64,000 nt of DNA from Trichodelitschia bisporula (taxonomy: Eukaryota). The notes under the pieces were generated by a model. The model worked only from the letters and a program-made list of their open reading frames with translations, had not been told where the DNA came from and made no database searches. The number at the start of each line of letters is the position of its first letter. Positions within the stretch are counted from its first letter, which is position 1. Shown here one piece after another: positions 1-14,296 of the stretch. The stretch spans positions 682,001 to 746,000 of the forward strand of contig ML996693.1 of the NCBI GenBank assembly GCA_010356995.1, in the 5' to 3' direction. Made by a program: the position numbers and the translations under genes.

Positions 1-3000
1 CTTCTTGCTTCCTTTTGCGCGATGACAACTTCTCCAGTCTGGGGCAGAAGCCACGGATCTGATCGAGTAAGGGACAAAAACAAGAGGCGAGTTTTGCCGG
101 AATGATGGCTCCCGAGTCGCACGGCGGAGCCTAGTTCTAGAGGCGGAGGCGCAGGCGCGAGTGCTAAGCGGCGAGCGGAGGAGGCGCAGCGCGGGGCGGC
201 GGGTGGAGGGAAGGGAGGGGGAAGGGTGTGCGGGTGGGATCTGTGAAGCGTTCGCGGGAGATGACGACACGGTATGCGGCGTAGCTTTGCTTGCGCGCTT
301 GATATCTTGATCAGCTCGTGGCCAGTGAGAGTGGCACTGGAGCCCTGAGGAAAGTGGTGTGGATGTGCGGGCGTATCGGGACAGTCGACGGACGGGGAGG
401 GAGGGAGGGAGGGAGGGAGGGTGTGGGGGAAAGGTGGGGTGCTTGCGGGGGAAAGGTTGCGAGGCGTGACTTCGTGTCTGCCCCGCTGCACGACAGTTCC
501 CCTTCGTGGAAGAAATGGGAAGGAGGAGGGATGTGAGAGGTGGGGAAGGAGACGAAAGAGGAGGTAGGGGGAGCTCAAGGGGGTGTCGTCGAACGGAAGA
601 TGTGATGCGCGATGGGGATGGAGGGGGAGGGGTGGGGATGTTTGGCGATGCAGGCAAAAGGCACACCTCAAACAGCAGCAGCAGAGGCGACTGAACTAAA
701 GACCATCGACACCGTTTTTTCTGCTTCGCGGTCCGAACCTGGTTTGCGCACCTTCCCGGGCGAGGGATTTGCCGGACAGGATGCTGGGATGATGAGAGCT
801 GGGGGCTGGATATGAGGTGGGACGGCCTATATGGTCTAGACGGGATGAGGTGCGATGGGAAATGGTAGATGGTAGATAGGCACTACCTGTCCCGGACTAA
901 AGAAGGAGTACGGGGAGTGGGTATGGAGGAAGTACGAGGTGAGAATAAAATCCTGGAGTCATGAGCGCTGGGACGTTCCTCAGCTTGAGGAAACGGAGCC
1001 AAGGATCACCACATCTTTTCCCATGTACATGGTATCATAGCGGTTGCGGTCAGACAGAATAGTACCGTATATCATGGGGCATCAGATTCAACTGCTGCTA
1101 AACGGTAGCTCGCGATCGGAAGCCCCGTCGCCTCTTTCTTACCGAAGTATGTATGCCTCTTCCATCGGAGGGATCATGAATGAATCCTGAGGGGATTACG
1201 TATTGACTACTCCGTACTGCTAGAACTTGTACCTGAAGAGCAAATGGTGCTGCAGACCGGAAGCTTCAGATCGGATATGCGCGAATACGGGGCAGTAGCC
1301 CTTCACCGTCCATAACCAGTATGGATACCTAGAACGAGACAATAGAGGGCACCTCTGCATCATGCATGCCTGCAAACATTCCAGCAAACACTCCACAAAG
1401 CGACGACGGGCTGAAACGCAGAAGAGGGGAGCGTCAAGTCTTCAAACGAGCTGTACGTCGTATGTACTCCTCCGGCCCTGCGCAGCGAAACCCCACGAAA
1501 CATGTGCGTTTTACAAGCCGGCCATTCGGATCAAAACCTCGCGTCGACTTCCTGGGAGCAAACAAGTACGATAAGCGACTTGCCGCGCGGTCAAGGGTTC
1601 GAGCAGCGCGGACATGTAACGATTTGTGCGAAATATGCGTTGCAGATGTGCGCTACGGAATTGCGGAGCATGTATCCTGTTGTACCTCTTCAGCTCACAT
1701 CACCGAGAACTAGATGGGGGGTCTTTCGCCGCGCCTCGGCGGCATGACTGGGCCGAACAGGCTGAAGGGCTGATGTGCGCGAGGCGCGGCCTGATGCCAT
1801 ATGACCTGCATGATGTGATGCCTGGTCCGGCTGCGCGCGCCGGAGATGGATGACAATTACTGGCTTGGCTGAACGCGTTTTGCGCTGGGGCCCTGTCGCT
1901 TCTCTCAAACCGTCCACTATCTTCGCCGGTGCTTCCGCGTACGGCCGTCAAGGCGTCGCTAGTCCAGTCCAATTTCGGCCTATGACTGACCATTTACGAA
2001 GAGTAAGACGCGATGGAGTTGATGAAGAAATGCGCATAGTGTGGCGCATATTGTAGAAACGTTGGAACGGCGAGAGGGGATTTGCTTGCTGGTTTTTCTT
2101 TAGAGAGGAGTTTTGGCAGTGGTTGGTTGCAAAAGAATGGGAGGTGGGAGAAAGCCAGTCAGAGAGTGAGAATGTGAGCATTACGGCATCAGCTTGATGA
2201 CAGAGACTGGCATGTGTCAGGTGTTCTCAAAGTACCTACATAACGGATGTGTTCTGTGTACTGCAGATTGATATCTGCTGCTGCCAGTAGTTAAGCATCG
2301 AATATCGGTAGTCAAGGTAGCCGGTTTTAGGATGCATAGTAGTCGGAGTACTGTGATGTAGTCGGTCGATGGGGGTAGACGAGGCGTGAAACAAGTTGAA
2401 GCCTGAAGCTTGGCCTGACGTTCAATGCCTGAGCTGCCTAAGAGGAACGATGGTAAGGGTAAAATGGTCTGTACTTGCAGGGATGATCCATGCAGTCTTT
2501 TCCTACGAGGTCCCTGTTATCTCTCACAGTGACGCGGTAGGGACCTCCAGAGCGGGGGAATTCCACTCCTCGCACACAAGTGAGTTTGCGCTCTCCAACG
2601 TCAATATCTCCATCATGACCCTTCCTTCCCCATGCCCATCCTACACTACGTACACACACATACATGCAGCATGCACGTATATTCCCGCCTTGCCACTTCA
2701 ATGTTCGCCTCAAGAGGCTCCAGACGCAGGACATGCGCAGGACAAGCGTGCAACCGTGGTCGGTATGCACCTCTTCCAGGGTTTTGGTGCCACAGTGGTA
2801 CCCTATGGCAAGTTGTAGAGAATGGGCAGCAGCTCTTGATTTGCTCCTCTCCAATTCACTTCCATCTCAGCTTCTTTAGCTTTGTCGTGCTACCTTGCCT
2901 GGCCTCGGCTGCTCCTAGCCAATACATCGTGGTTCGCCTGGACGCTCCCTCGCCTATCAGGAAACCGTCCCGCTCCGCTGCGCCCTCTCCGCACCGAAAG

Positions 3001-4962
3001 CATGCCAAACGGGAGATGAACGATTCTTGTCCATGTCGCGAACCACAAACCATAGAATCGCGAACCCATCGGGTGGGCCGAGGATGAGACGGTACAGCCG
3101 AAAGAATGGCTTCCCCCCCCCCCCCGGTGACATCGGGCGCTTATCGCCACTCTCGCCCCGATATCCGAATATCTCTTCGCCTTTCTCCTTTGGCCAGGAT
3201 AAACTCCGCGTGCAGGATGCACAGTATCGAGCTCCATATGCGATGATCTACGTACAGACAGGTGCACGTCCCGCGCATGCCAGTTGACGTCCATCTCGCA
3301 TTGTCTGAGCTCCAGTCCTGGCTCGTAAATCCAGCCTTGTCTGGCCGTGCACCCGTCTCGCCTGACGGCAAACCCTCTTCCCGCAGGTCAGGGCAGCCCG
3401 CCGCCCGAAGCGGGGGATCCAACTGATAGAGGGCAAGAGGCTGCTCGATGGGCCTCATCGACTGGGTCCTCTCTGACCACAATCTCCCAGACAAGGAATG
3501 CCTGTCTTTGCCCCAGAAACATGGCTGCGACATGGGCCACCTTTGCGGCCGTCAAACTATCAATTCTGCTTCCGCATCTTTCCTACTCCTCTAAACCACT
3601 GCGCTAGCCTGCACATTCTCGCTAGAAGAATATATTGCAGGCCTGATATGAACGGCTGAGCGCTCGCTCTCGACCGCACCAGATTGTCCCATTTCCTGGG
3701 CCCGTTGCGCTTTGGCCATCTCGGTCGTGACCAGGATATTTTGACGCAAGCTTTGGAATACGAGTTGGCTATTGCTCGAGCTACGCTGTAAAATGCGGCA
3801 ATGGTAAGTGGGTGCAAACTGATGTACTTAGGGTACTATACCAAGGGATGTCAAGGCGTGAGCGAAGAAATCATTGCCGCGGTTCCTGCCCAGAAGTGCG
3901 AGAGGAGGGGGCAACCATATTATCCCCGCGAGCCCCTTCCGAACCATACGCAATCTTCTTGAGCCATGTGGCGACTAGTAAACTGGGACCTTTTACCGGG
4001 CTTTCCTTCAATTCATCACGTTTGGGCAATTGTCGTCTCCATGTCTCAGACTACCTCGTACAAACTGGGGTTTTCAGGTCTCGAGAGATGATTAGTGAAA
4101 GGTTTCATGGTCCTTAGTCTGTTGAGAGCGGGAGACCTGTCATCTGCTGCGGAAATGGAGAAGCACACCTAGGCGAGGCCGGGACAAGACAAGTATACAC
4201 ATATCCAATAAGGAGTGGCCCGGAACTCCGCAATACTAACGAGGTACCTGTGGTACCTCTGTACAAAGGATATAGATGCAGAGACGCTGGCTCGAGCTTG
4301 CAACTGCTGTCACCGGGCGTCGATATATTTGACCTCCATTTTCATCTTCTTCACCGCGAACCAAACCACGGGCGGCAATTCAATTTATCTATATAGACCA
4401 GCCATTGCCTAAGCACCGAGCGAAGACCGTTGAGCTTGCGCAATAGAGAGTCTAGCACTTCCGATAACTGATCCGTGGAGAAGGCACTGGCAAGGCTACC
4501 GAGAGGGCCAAATCCAACAGCGGGCCAAACTGCGGGGTTCAAAATGGGCAACGGCGTCCCAAGATGGGAATTTGAAGATTTTGGGGGTGGAAGTTTCAGA
4601 TTAAGCGTCCCGAATGGCCTCAACGCCTCAAGACAAAATAATCTGGGGGAGGCGCATCTCCAAGCCGCCGCCGCTTGACCCTTTTCGTGGGGGGTGGGGG
4701 GAGCTCGCCGCCCAGTAATTTGACGTCGACCTAACCTCCACTGTCCAAAACGCGCCATATCTTCACGTACAATACCCTCACCTGCACCCCCACGAGCCCT
4801 CCCACTGAGGTTATCCAAGGAGAGGAGCTGGGGGCCCACGACGTATTTTGTTTGGCACGCAAGTTTAGGCAAGAGGGGGTGGCATCGTGCTTTCTCCATT
4901 GCTCGTGTCACAGAACCACCGCCAAAGACACGACTCCCCGTACCGCACGGTACAATCCAGGA

Positions 4963-5100
4963 GCAGCTTCTGATCAAAGCTAGCACGGATCGTGACTTCC
5001 TCCCGTTCAAGGCTATCACACCACTAGATCCCCTCTCTGCTCCCTCGCAGCTTCTGATTCAAGGCCATCACGGATCGTGACTTCTTCCTGTTCAAGGCCT
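4963..5100. repeat. Imperfect direct duplication (about 55 bp, 84-bp period) with an internal TTCAAGGCYATCAC subunit
   Basis: gcagcttctgat-caaagctagcacggatcgtgacttcctcccgttcaaggc starting at 4963 versus gcagcttctgattcaaggccatcacggatcgtgacttcttcctgttcaaggc starting at 5047. Confidence 0.85.
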
Positions 5101-8100
5101 CTAATGATGTGGACCAGAAACGGTGCTGGTGCACGGACATGTTGGAAAAGCACTGGACGGATCTACGTACTGTAGAGCCCCCTTCTGCGCCGGAGTTCAA
5201 GTGCACAGAGGAAACATATAGTAAGGCTCTCAACTAGTGGGTTCCTAATGAGGCTGCGTACCACACGGCTGTCGTTGAAGGGGAGCCGGTGCATGGAGCG
5301 AATGTAGAAGAGGAGCCGACATATAAGTATGGCAAGCAAGGCTGCATACTCTACGGGGGATTCGCTCCCTTACACTCTACTCCTTCTTTGCCTTGGGTGA
5401 TCGTTGGCTTCGGCAGAGACGTTCCTAGGAATTTCCGCTCTCAATGTCGACGCCTACGTGATACCTGCGTTTCCAGAATGGTTGTCGTAGAGTGAAGTGC
5501 TCGACGTCAGATGCCGAGTCGGAGCGCCAAAACGTACTGCCGCTTGCGATGCCCTCAAACTATTACATTGGGAATTAGGTGGTAGTCCAGGTCTCTCAGG
5601 AACGTGCGAAAGTGCTTCCTCTCTCGAAGCGCGACACCAAGCCACTCCCAAATCCCCAAAGCCGTCGTCAGATGTATGTACGCACCGAGCCCCTAAAACT
5701 ATGATAGAGGCCACCGAGGTTATTCGACGTCATGCTTGTATACTCATATCTACCTACTCTCTCCAACTCCTCCGAGCTAACCGCTGCTGGCGCCCACGGT
5801 CGACGGCGCATTCGCATGGTCCAGAGCTAATGCATCACGGGCCCCGCCGCCGAACCCCACTGTACGGTATGCACAATCAACTCTCGCCCCACATACCCCT
5901 CGCCCCTTGTAGTGTCAGATGACGACCGCGAAGTCGCTGAAATGCGGACGCGCATATTGCTCGTCCAAAAAGAGGAGCCAGGACCGTTCTGCACGCAGGA
6001 GTAGACGAGGAACGGCGGAGGAAGGGACAGGAGGAAACAACGTAGTCGAGTGACAGAGTACCGCATCTACAGCCCGAAAGAGAGTAGGTATTGGTCTAGA
6101 CTTCTGACCTTTCGGGGCAACAACGATATCTTTCCCCTAGCTTGAACTGAAGCATGTAACCTACAGTATCTCCAAATGCTTATGGCATTTCCTATCTTGC
6201 TTTTCGCTTGCCCTCACTCTTTCCATATGCCATGTAGGTACCCCTTACCCACCTCCCAGTCTCCTCATTCTAATCCTTGATCCTGCAGTGTTTGTCCATA
6301 TGACACCTTTTCTCATTTCTTGATCCCCCAAGAACGGGCCGTTCGGATACTTCTCTTTCGCCAGTACGGATTACCGGCTCATGGGAAGCAAAATGTGACA
6401 AACCTCGTTCGCTCTCCTGAGCCCGCGTTGTGCAACAGGTCTACCACGGTACACGTGCTGTACTCGCTGCAGCGAACCTGCGATGCTCTTTCCCTTCCGC
6501 TAGTTTGGACCGCTAGGCCTCCATCTGTGCACTCTCCCCCATAGCCACCCATCCACTACGTCGAGACCCGAACCACCCAACCATCCTGCTGTCCTACTCG
6601 GAAGCCAAGCAGGCCGGAATGGAGGTGAATGGGCTATGACTCTTCTCCTCGTCGGCTTCCGTCACACAAGGTCTAGCGGTGTGTTTTGCCCTGCTCCTCG
6701 GTCGATCTCTCGTTCGAATAGGACGTCTCCCTATCTTTTGCCTCTGGTCACTCGCCCTTCCCGTCCAGTGGACGCTGGACGCTGGAACGTCGTACAGAGA
6801 TGGGGAACCTCCCCCAACGGTCTCCAGCCGCCGATGCCCCGACTGACTTTTAGTTGTCCGCAAGGCAGGCCATGAACACCCGTCGTCATATTTGCTTTGT
6901 CAAAGCCGAGAAGTTTTCGGCGGGAGAGAGGCTCTATTCGAACGACGCTCCGAGTTGCTGCATTCTCGCGCATAAACGCTTCCTTCTGAAGAGGGGCATC
7001 TAGAGCCGATTGTCTTTCCCACGTAGCAGCCCGGCGTGGGACGAAGAGGCTAGCATTCGGACGGGGCAGGAATAAACACCCGCGCCAGTCCATTGCGGGC
7101 AAGGCGCGCGGTTTCCTCAAGGCTGACGCGGCGTACGTGCTCCAATTTGCTAACGCATTACACTACAGTCGTGCCTCCTCCGCCCCCCCGTGCCCAGCTC
7201 ATGCAGTTTGATACCTCGCACGAACACCCCCAGATCTGATCCCATCACTGTCGTCGATCGCCCCGGTCCCTGGGGAAATGGGTGTATTATACACCTGTCA
7301 TAAGCTGCGCCAGCGTGTCACCTTTCACAGCCGTACCACAGCGCCCGCACAGTTCGCACCGCCCTCTTCCTCAATAAGTTGAATCCCCGAATGGCAATAG
7401 AGCCTCTGTCATTCGTAGGGCCACCTTCGAATGTGCGCTTCCAAACTGCATTGGCACGTATGCAAAGGGAGGCAATACACCGCTCCTCACGGCGCAACCA
7501 AGCCTACGCCCCTATTCCAATATCCGTCTAGTCCTTCCAGCCAGAAAGGCCCACCTTTCCTCTTCCCTCTGACCGAGTCTTCTTCGGTGTCGGACCGCTA
7601 CGTACCCGTCAACAGCCTATCTTCAACGTCAAGAGACCCTGCAGCGGGCGGGCGGGCAGCAAACATCGACATGGACGGCCCTGCGACGCTGTTCATGCGT
7701 CATCGCACAAGAGAGCTGAGGAATCAGGCGCTGGGAGGGATCGTGGTTCGACTACGGCACACCACAGGGAGGTTTGATGGCCCCATTTGATGGTTCGGTT
7801 GTAGAAGTGTTCTCCCCTTCGTCGCGAGAGGGTTGCTTCGCCCCTCCGGTACCAACCCATTACTCCTTTTGAACTGGTGGATTTCGGAAATCGTGCTTCC
7901 TATGTGTCGTGATAATATATATTATCCGTGTAGTGCTGAGCACTGGTAGGCTTTAACACGTTTACGGGACCGCTTCTCCTGCCTTGCGAAGGCATATGGC
8001 CTTGCTCACGCCCGACCGTGTCATGACGTGCAGACAGTTGTACAGTTGCTTCACCGGTCCCACGCCATTCAAGTAGCATCACCGCATTCCGCTCAAAACA

Positions 8101-8387
8101 CACATTGTGACACCAAGCACACACAATAGCCAGTATCACCGCCCATACATCCCCTATCGACACCATTGTTTCGTCGCAGAACATCGGAATTCAGGGACCC
8201 TTTTGAGACCTTAAGGCTGGCCCTTGCCTGCCTTTACATACCCGACAGTGCCGCAAGCAATGCGCGAAAGCGTAGAAAAAGCGTACAAGAATTGCAGGAT
8301 GCACCTCACAAGCTCCATGACCATTGGCTAGGAGGCTGAAGCCAACCCAGCGGCACCAGTTGCAGGTAGCCTACGAGGACGTCGCGT

Positions 8388-11165
8388 TCAGCGCCGCTTG
8401 AAGCTCGTCGCTTCGGGCCATAGTGCCTTAGCCTTGGCCAGGTACTCGTCCTGGACCGCTTTACTACTCTTCCACTCACCGAGCAGTTCCAATCCCGCCT
8501 GGGTATCCTCTAGGCTCAGGTCTACCAGGTCAAGCGTGGCCAACAACTCCTCTTCGTTTCGCTCCTTGGAGGACGCATCAAGATAACCACGCGCGCGGAG
8601 ACCAGAGCGTACGTGGGGCGCGCTTGATGCATGCTTCGCCATGAAGGCGTCGTTGAAGGCCGTCAAGGAGGTCGAGTCGGGAAGGAGATCTTGAGAGACG
8701 GACTTGAGCACCTGCGCGACCTTATCAGGTATAGGCGACGCGGATGTCGAATCGACTGACTAGTATTAGCATTGACTACGCAATCCGAGTTGACTACTTA
8801 CGGCTGCGGCGGAACCGGATGAGCTGCTCGTGGACGACCGGGTCTTCCGGATCGAGGCTCTTGGCCGCCCGGAGGCACTTGACGGCCAAAAGGGGCTTGT
8901 CTAGACGCTCAAGTCAGAAAGTCCTAGCAAACGGTATCAGGCAAAGAACATACTCCTCCGGATAAACACTTCGAAGCCGGCATTTTGGGCTGTGATGTTC
9001 TTCGGGGCGAACTCTAGAAGGGGAGTTAAAAACTTGACGGCTTCGTCCAGTGGCGCCGGCGTCTGGAGCAGTTGGAAACCATGCGGGTCGGGGTCTTCCT
9101 TCTTCGGTTCCCCGTCACCACCTGTGCCTGTCTTCTTGGTCTGCTTCTTCTCCGCCTCCCTCTTCTCAGCCTCGGCTTTCTCCAACCGCTCCTGTTCTCG
9201 TTTAGCCTTTTTCAAGGCCCTTTTCCTCTCCGCCGCATCCAGACCTTCGAGCTTGATGGATCCATTGGCGAGGTGACCGTGGGATAAGTCTGGGTTATCA
9301 TGAAGCATGACGTAGATCTTAATGGCGGGCAGGGCCGCTCGAGTGAAAAAGGGGTGGCTTCGGAGCTGATCTTCCCACCGCATCATATCTACATAGGCTC
9401 TGATTTGCCCCTTTCTTATCGAGAAGTAATGGAAATCAAACTGATCTTCTTGCCACACGTCGAAGATATCGTAGATGCACTTGAAGCGCTTCAGAGCCAG
9501 GCTTAGCTTATCCATGCGCAAATTTGCTTCTCCATCCTCGGTGATGTACCACATGCACTGCATGTCGTGCAGGTCTCCGAGTGCTCCACCGACAGATTCG
9601 TTCCTCGTGAACAAGCTCATTGTCTTGAGGGCGCTTTCGCAGTCGTTATTGCGAAGCTGATACTTGGCACATTTGGTGTTGATGTAGCGATCCTTGGTGT
9701 CCAGCTCGCGGGCGAAACTCATGACCTCGGCAGCTTGTTCGACGTCACCAAGGTGCTTGAGTATGCGTGCTTTGGTCATATGGTAGTCGGGAGATTTGGG
9801 GTCCATTTCAAGAGCTTGCGATATGAAATCCGTGGCTTTCTTCAGATTCCGACTCCGGAAATAGTTGTAGTGCTGAGCAAGGAAGTACAGGCGCGATTGC
9901 ACGAATTTACTCGAGGCGTCACCGTTGGTGTGCTGTGGCATATCTTCGCCGTCAGCTTGGGTTTCGGAGGTGTAGCCTTCTACAAGGCTCTGGATAGTCG
10001 TCCGCTTGAAGTCGTCCGAATACAAGGCCTTGACATTTGGAAAGAGTGAAGGGACACCCTTGGCCAGCGATCTCCGGAGGTACTTGTCCGCAGCTGTCTT
10101 GAACTCATCCCCTCGCAAAAAGTCCAGAGGAATACGACGAGCAGCATCAAGCCGGTGGTTGCCCTCCAGAAAGGAGGTATAGAGGGCAGCGAGCTCAGCA
10201 TGGTCGTCTGGGTTCTCTCTGTCTAGACCGAGCACTTTTTCCAACTTCTCGTAGTAGAGTCGGTACTCGTTGTTCCTCACGATCAGCGCACGGTATGCCT
10301 CTTCCGCCTCATCCTTGCGGTCTAACCGAAGTAAGTAGTCCGCTCTCATCTCCATGACGGCGGTACGATCCAGATTGTTTCGCGAAATCGTCTTCAGATG
10401 GGCCAAGGCTCGCTCAACTTCTCCCATTTCCCCGATCAGGACATTGCGGTACAGTGAAGCCTCCGAGTGCTCCATGTCCGTCCGCGGAGGTGGCTGCTTC
10501 AGAGTGTCTTCATAGGTCTTGAGATAGTGCTCCGCGGCAGAAAGATCACCGGCTAAGTGGCAGGCCACAGCCAATGCAGTCCAGTTCTGCCTCAAGGCAG
10601 GGCGGGCATGCAGTATTGCCTTCCTGCTCTCAATGTACCCGTTGTAGTCCCGCATCTGGATCTGTAGGAACGCAAGGTCCCGCTGGATTTGCGCCGACTC
10701 GGGCTCCAGGCGTAAGGCAAATTTGTATGCCTTGATCGCTTCATCCAACTGTTTCGTAGAGCGATAAAGGAGACCATAAACGTGCCAGCAGATATGCGAT
10801 TTCATGTCCTGTTGGAGGGCCAGCTTTGCCAGAGAAAAAGCTATAGTGTGAGTCATCAGCTTAAGTCCCGAGCACAAGGGTGATACCCAGACATCACTGC
10901 CTAAGAGGAGGGATAGAGGGGCAGGAACCTTCATCGGTATGGCCTTGCGCATTCAAGGTTAAGGCCTGGTGAGAAGCAATCAGCGAGGTTTGGGTATCTA
11001 AGTGGGAGCTCCACGCACCTTCATCGCAAGCGTATCCCCATGATTTGGGTTTTTCTTGAGGATTTGTTCGGCTGTCTTGAGCGCCTTCTTGTGCTGTTTG
11101 AGTTCGTAGAGCTTAACGACCTGGCGGAAGGCCGCACCATCCTTGGCACTTAAAGGTTGCGGCAT
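8388..11165 (-). CDS. NAT1: N-terminal acetyltransferase A auxiliary subunit (NAT1/NAA15), TPR protein, 5 exons
   Basis: ATG at 11165 (MPQPLSAKDGAAFRQVVKLYELKQHKKALK...HGDTLAMK). Exons approx. 11165-11019, 10965-10929, 10840-~8951, ~8900-~8801, ~8755-8388, separated by GT-AG introns. Characteristic motifs SHICWHVYGL, QIQRDLAFLQIQMR, LDTKDRYINTKCAKYQLR, DQFDFH. Confidence 0.95.
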
Positions 11166-11711
11166 TGTGGATGATGTTGGAATGTGGGCATTCGTTGTTT
11201 TTATGTGGCCATGTCAGGATTCGCGGGGCGGGGGGCGCTGTTGGTGGAGGGTTGAATTTGGCCTTGAAGCTTCGAAGTGGCTGCGGGACAGCACAGTGGG
11301 CTGTTTCGCGGGGTTTGCCTTAGCGCCTGACAGTTTGCTCACATACGGTACTCGACTCACACATCCGCACCACTCACCCTTCCGCACGCGACATCTCGAG
11401 TACTTCTGCGGGGTGCAGATGTTAATGCTCATCAGGTAAAGTCACAAGCTATACCAGGCAGCCGTCCTTCACTTGATGTAAATTTCACGAGCACCGAAAT
11501 GGCATACATATACTGTTATTTGCCAGGATTGGTAGCCTGTATACTTCATCTACCATACAGTACCCCAAAGGAGATCCCTCAAAAGAGTGTCGACAGTGAG
11601 TGGAGACTTGACCGCAACGCCGGACGCCTATCTCGCTCCAGCGGGTCAAGTCCCACCATTCAATTTTAGCCGGAAAGAAGGAATAAGCAAGAAATCCAGC
11701 CCGCACGTACG

Positions 11712-13154
11712 CTAATTACGTGTGGCGGCAGCAGCAGCATCACACTGCGCAATGAAACGATAGATACCTTCTATGCCCTCATATTCCGACGTACTGCGTC
11801 GCTCTGGGGTTTGATAGACACGTCCTGAGTCTTCAAGCTCGCCACTGTGAAAGCTAGAGTACCCGGAAGGCGACGAAACCCAGGGATTGTCCTGTCCGAG
11901 ATCCTGATAGCCGAGCTCACCACCAGAAACGGAGGACAATGCCGGCGTTGCGAGGTTTCTGAGGACGGGAGATGCGGGAATATCGCCTTGCCAAAATGCC
12001 CCTGTCTGGCTTGAAGGGCTTTCGAAGAAGGAGCACTCCGACATGGGCTTGCTCGGCGCGAACGGAAAGAGAAGAGCCATCTCGGTGCCGACAAAGGCAT
12101 CGAAGTCCTCATCTTGACCGACCACTCCCCGCTGAATTCCGAGCTCGTTGGCGAGCCGCTCAACGGTCTCCGCATCACAGCCAGGGAAGTGGACCCGCAA
12201 CCTCCCATCCCGGTATGTGATGGGAAAGTCGCCCACTGCCGCAAGTTGTTTGAGGTCGTTGAGCACCATAGCGAGATCCTTCAACGCGCGAGCGAAATCA
12301 ACTGACAAGATGTCCAAAAGACCCCCGGTGTTGAGTGTATCAACCTTCTGGGGCATGTTCGGGAAGCCGACGATGTTGCTGAGGGGGGTGAGGGCTGTGA
12401 TCGTCGGGTTCACGGAGAAGTCGATGAAGGAGCCTGGGGAGAGCTTCGGCACACTAGCCATCTTCTTCATCGCCTCATCCTGCAGCGGAGTGACGACCTT
12501 GTACTTCGCATGGCCAGTGCAGGGATAGACGCCATCAAAATGAGCCTTCTGGCCTCCCACGAAGAACGCTCGCACCGCCTGGGAGACGGTGTTTATGACT
12601 TGCGCAGGCGCGCCAGGGGTATGCGAGAAGTACCTGGCACCACCGATGCGGCCGGATCCAAGAGTGTAGCCTCCAGCGGTGCGACCAAGGGTTCCTCCGG
12701 TGAGGTTCGGCCGAAGAGTTGAAGCGAACGGAGCGCGCCCCGTGGACTTGCCGATAGCGCTAGCAACGCGGGACGTGGGGAACGAGGACCGATCGTACCT
12801 CAATCCCGAAGCGCCACCCGGGGAAGAGCTGAACCGCCGAATGGCCGACGTGAAGCCATTGCCCGAAAACCAACGCTTGCTCTGGCGCAGAAAGGCAGCG
12901 GGGTGAATTGGCTGGCGCGGTGCAACGCGAGCAAAGAGGGGCTGGAGTTCAGGAGCTTGTCGGACATAAGGTGCAGGGAGCTGGTTTTGGATGATTCGAG
13001 ATGCCTTTTGAACAGCAAGCCTGCAGTACCGTAGTAGTATCGTCAGTTCATTTGCTCAACTTTTCAATGCGACTCCGCATCCCGCAACTATGACGCACCG
13101 AATGATTTTAGCATTCTTGGCTACTAGGATGTGGAACGACCCCGCAGAGGCCAT
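11712..13154 (-). CDS. Conserved fungal protein, SPG5 (stationary phase protein 5)-like family, often mislabelled casein kinase II beta 2; 2 exons
   Basis: ATG at 13154 (MASAGSFHILVAKNAKIIR), intron 13098-13021 (GTGCGT...CTGCAG), exon 2 13020-11712 in frame with the 363-aa ORF. Conserved blocks RAPFASTLRPNLTGG, GARYFSH, LRVHFPGCDAETVE, EYEGIEGIYRF. Family assignment is from memory. Confidence 0.7.
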
Positions 13155-14296
13155 GATGGGCGGTAGTGGCCGTCAGGCCACGATGGAAGACGGTGGTGAG
13201 ATGCCCGATGGCAAAGGGTTGAGAGGGAGGTGAAGGAGGAGGAGGGGGAGCCGAATCCACGTCAACCAGCACTTTAAGACGTTAGGCAGCCGGCAAGCCA
13301 ATCCATAACACAACGTCATGTGCCCGCCTCCGGGTGGCAAACAAATAGGCATGCACAGCCACAGACCAGCACAAAACAGCCACTCAAGAATAGGTAGTAC
13401 GGTAGAGCATCGGAGTCGTGGCTTAAAGTTCAGATTGGTTGAGTTGCTGGTACAACCACTATGGAGTACAGTAGATTGATACCATAGTAAACCCCGACTA
13501 TATAAATGCCCACAATGCCTCACAATGAATAGTATCGCCCTTCACCGCGAACGCCTCCCAACCTCTCCTTGCACGTCCACCTATTTCCCATTAGGACAAT
13601 ACCTCAACTCATGCAAATTTCAACAGAGCTCAGAATCAATCAAGCCGAGATGCTTTCGCTATCCTTCACCACTCCGCCCCTCCATTTCATTCTGCAGACC
13701 CACGGTTAAAGGGAATGGCGACGAGGCACTGCCCGGAACTCAACACCATCGTTGAGTAAAGACACTAGCATTCGAGCGGAGAAAGTAGACCCGCTATGCA
13801 AAGAAGTCGAGGGGAGAAGCGAGGAGCAGCGAGTTTGGTGACTGTAGAAACTGGAGAACCGAAGGATTATGCGCGAGCTGTGACCCCGTAGTGGACAAAT
13901 CCTCCTCGCAAACTATGAGCCCGTTGGTAGTCGCCAGCACAAGCAGCACACGTTGATGGGTGTATCCGGGGAATAACTCCGAAGCCATCGCAATTGAACG
14001 CGCGCCAGCAGAGTCTATGGGTTTTCCGTAAGAGTAAAAAAAAAATGCTGTCCTACACATCCCCGACCTCCCATGCCGCAACAAACGCCGTTGATGGTGA
14101 ACTTTTGTAATGCAATTCGGAACAAGGAAATGGCAGCCGCCGCAACAAAAAAAACAATGTGACAGTCCCCACCAGCTGTGACTTGTTTCCGATGTTTTCA
14201 TGCATGCGTGCCCAATCTGGTCGTGGCGGAAAGCGCGCGAAAAGGAAGTTACAACAGAGAACCTCGAGGCCGCGAACGTCTGGCCGGCGGAAAGGT

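Noticed and set aside
4963..5100. CRISPR-like array
   Set aside because: Eukaryotic context, only two degenerate copies, and no unique spacer series.
6073..6116. Inverted repeat CCCGAAAG...CTTTCGGG
   Set aside because: An 8-bp stem is expected by chance in 64 kb; no known RNA motif.
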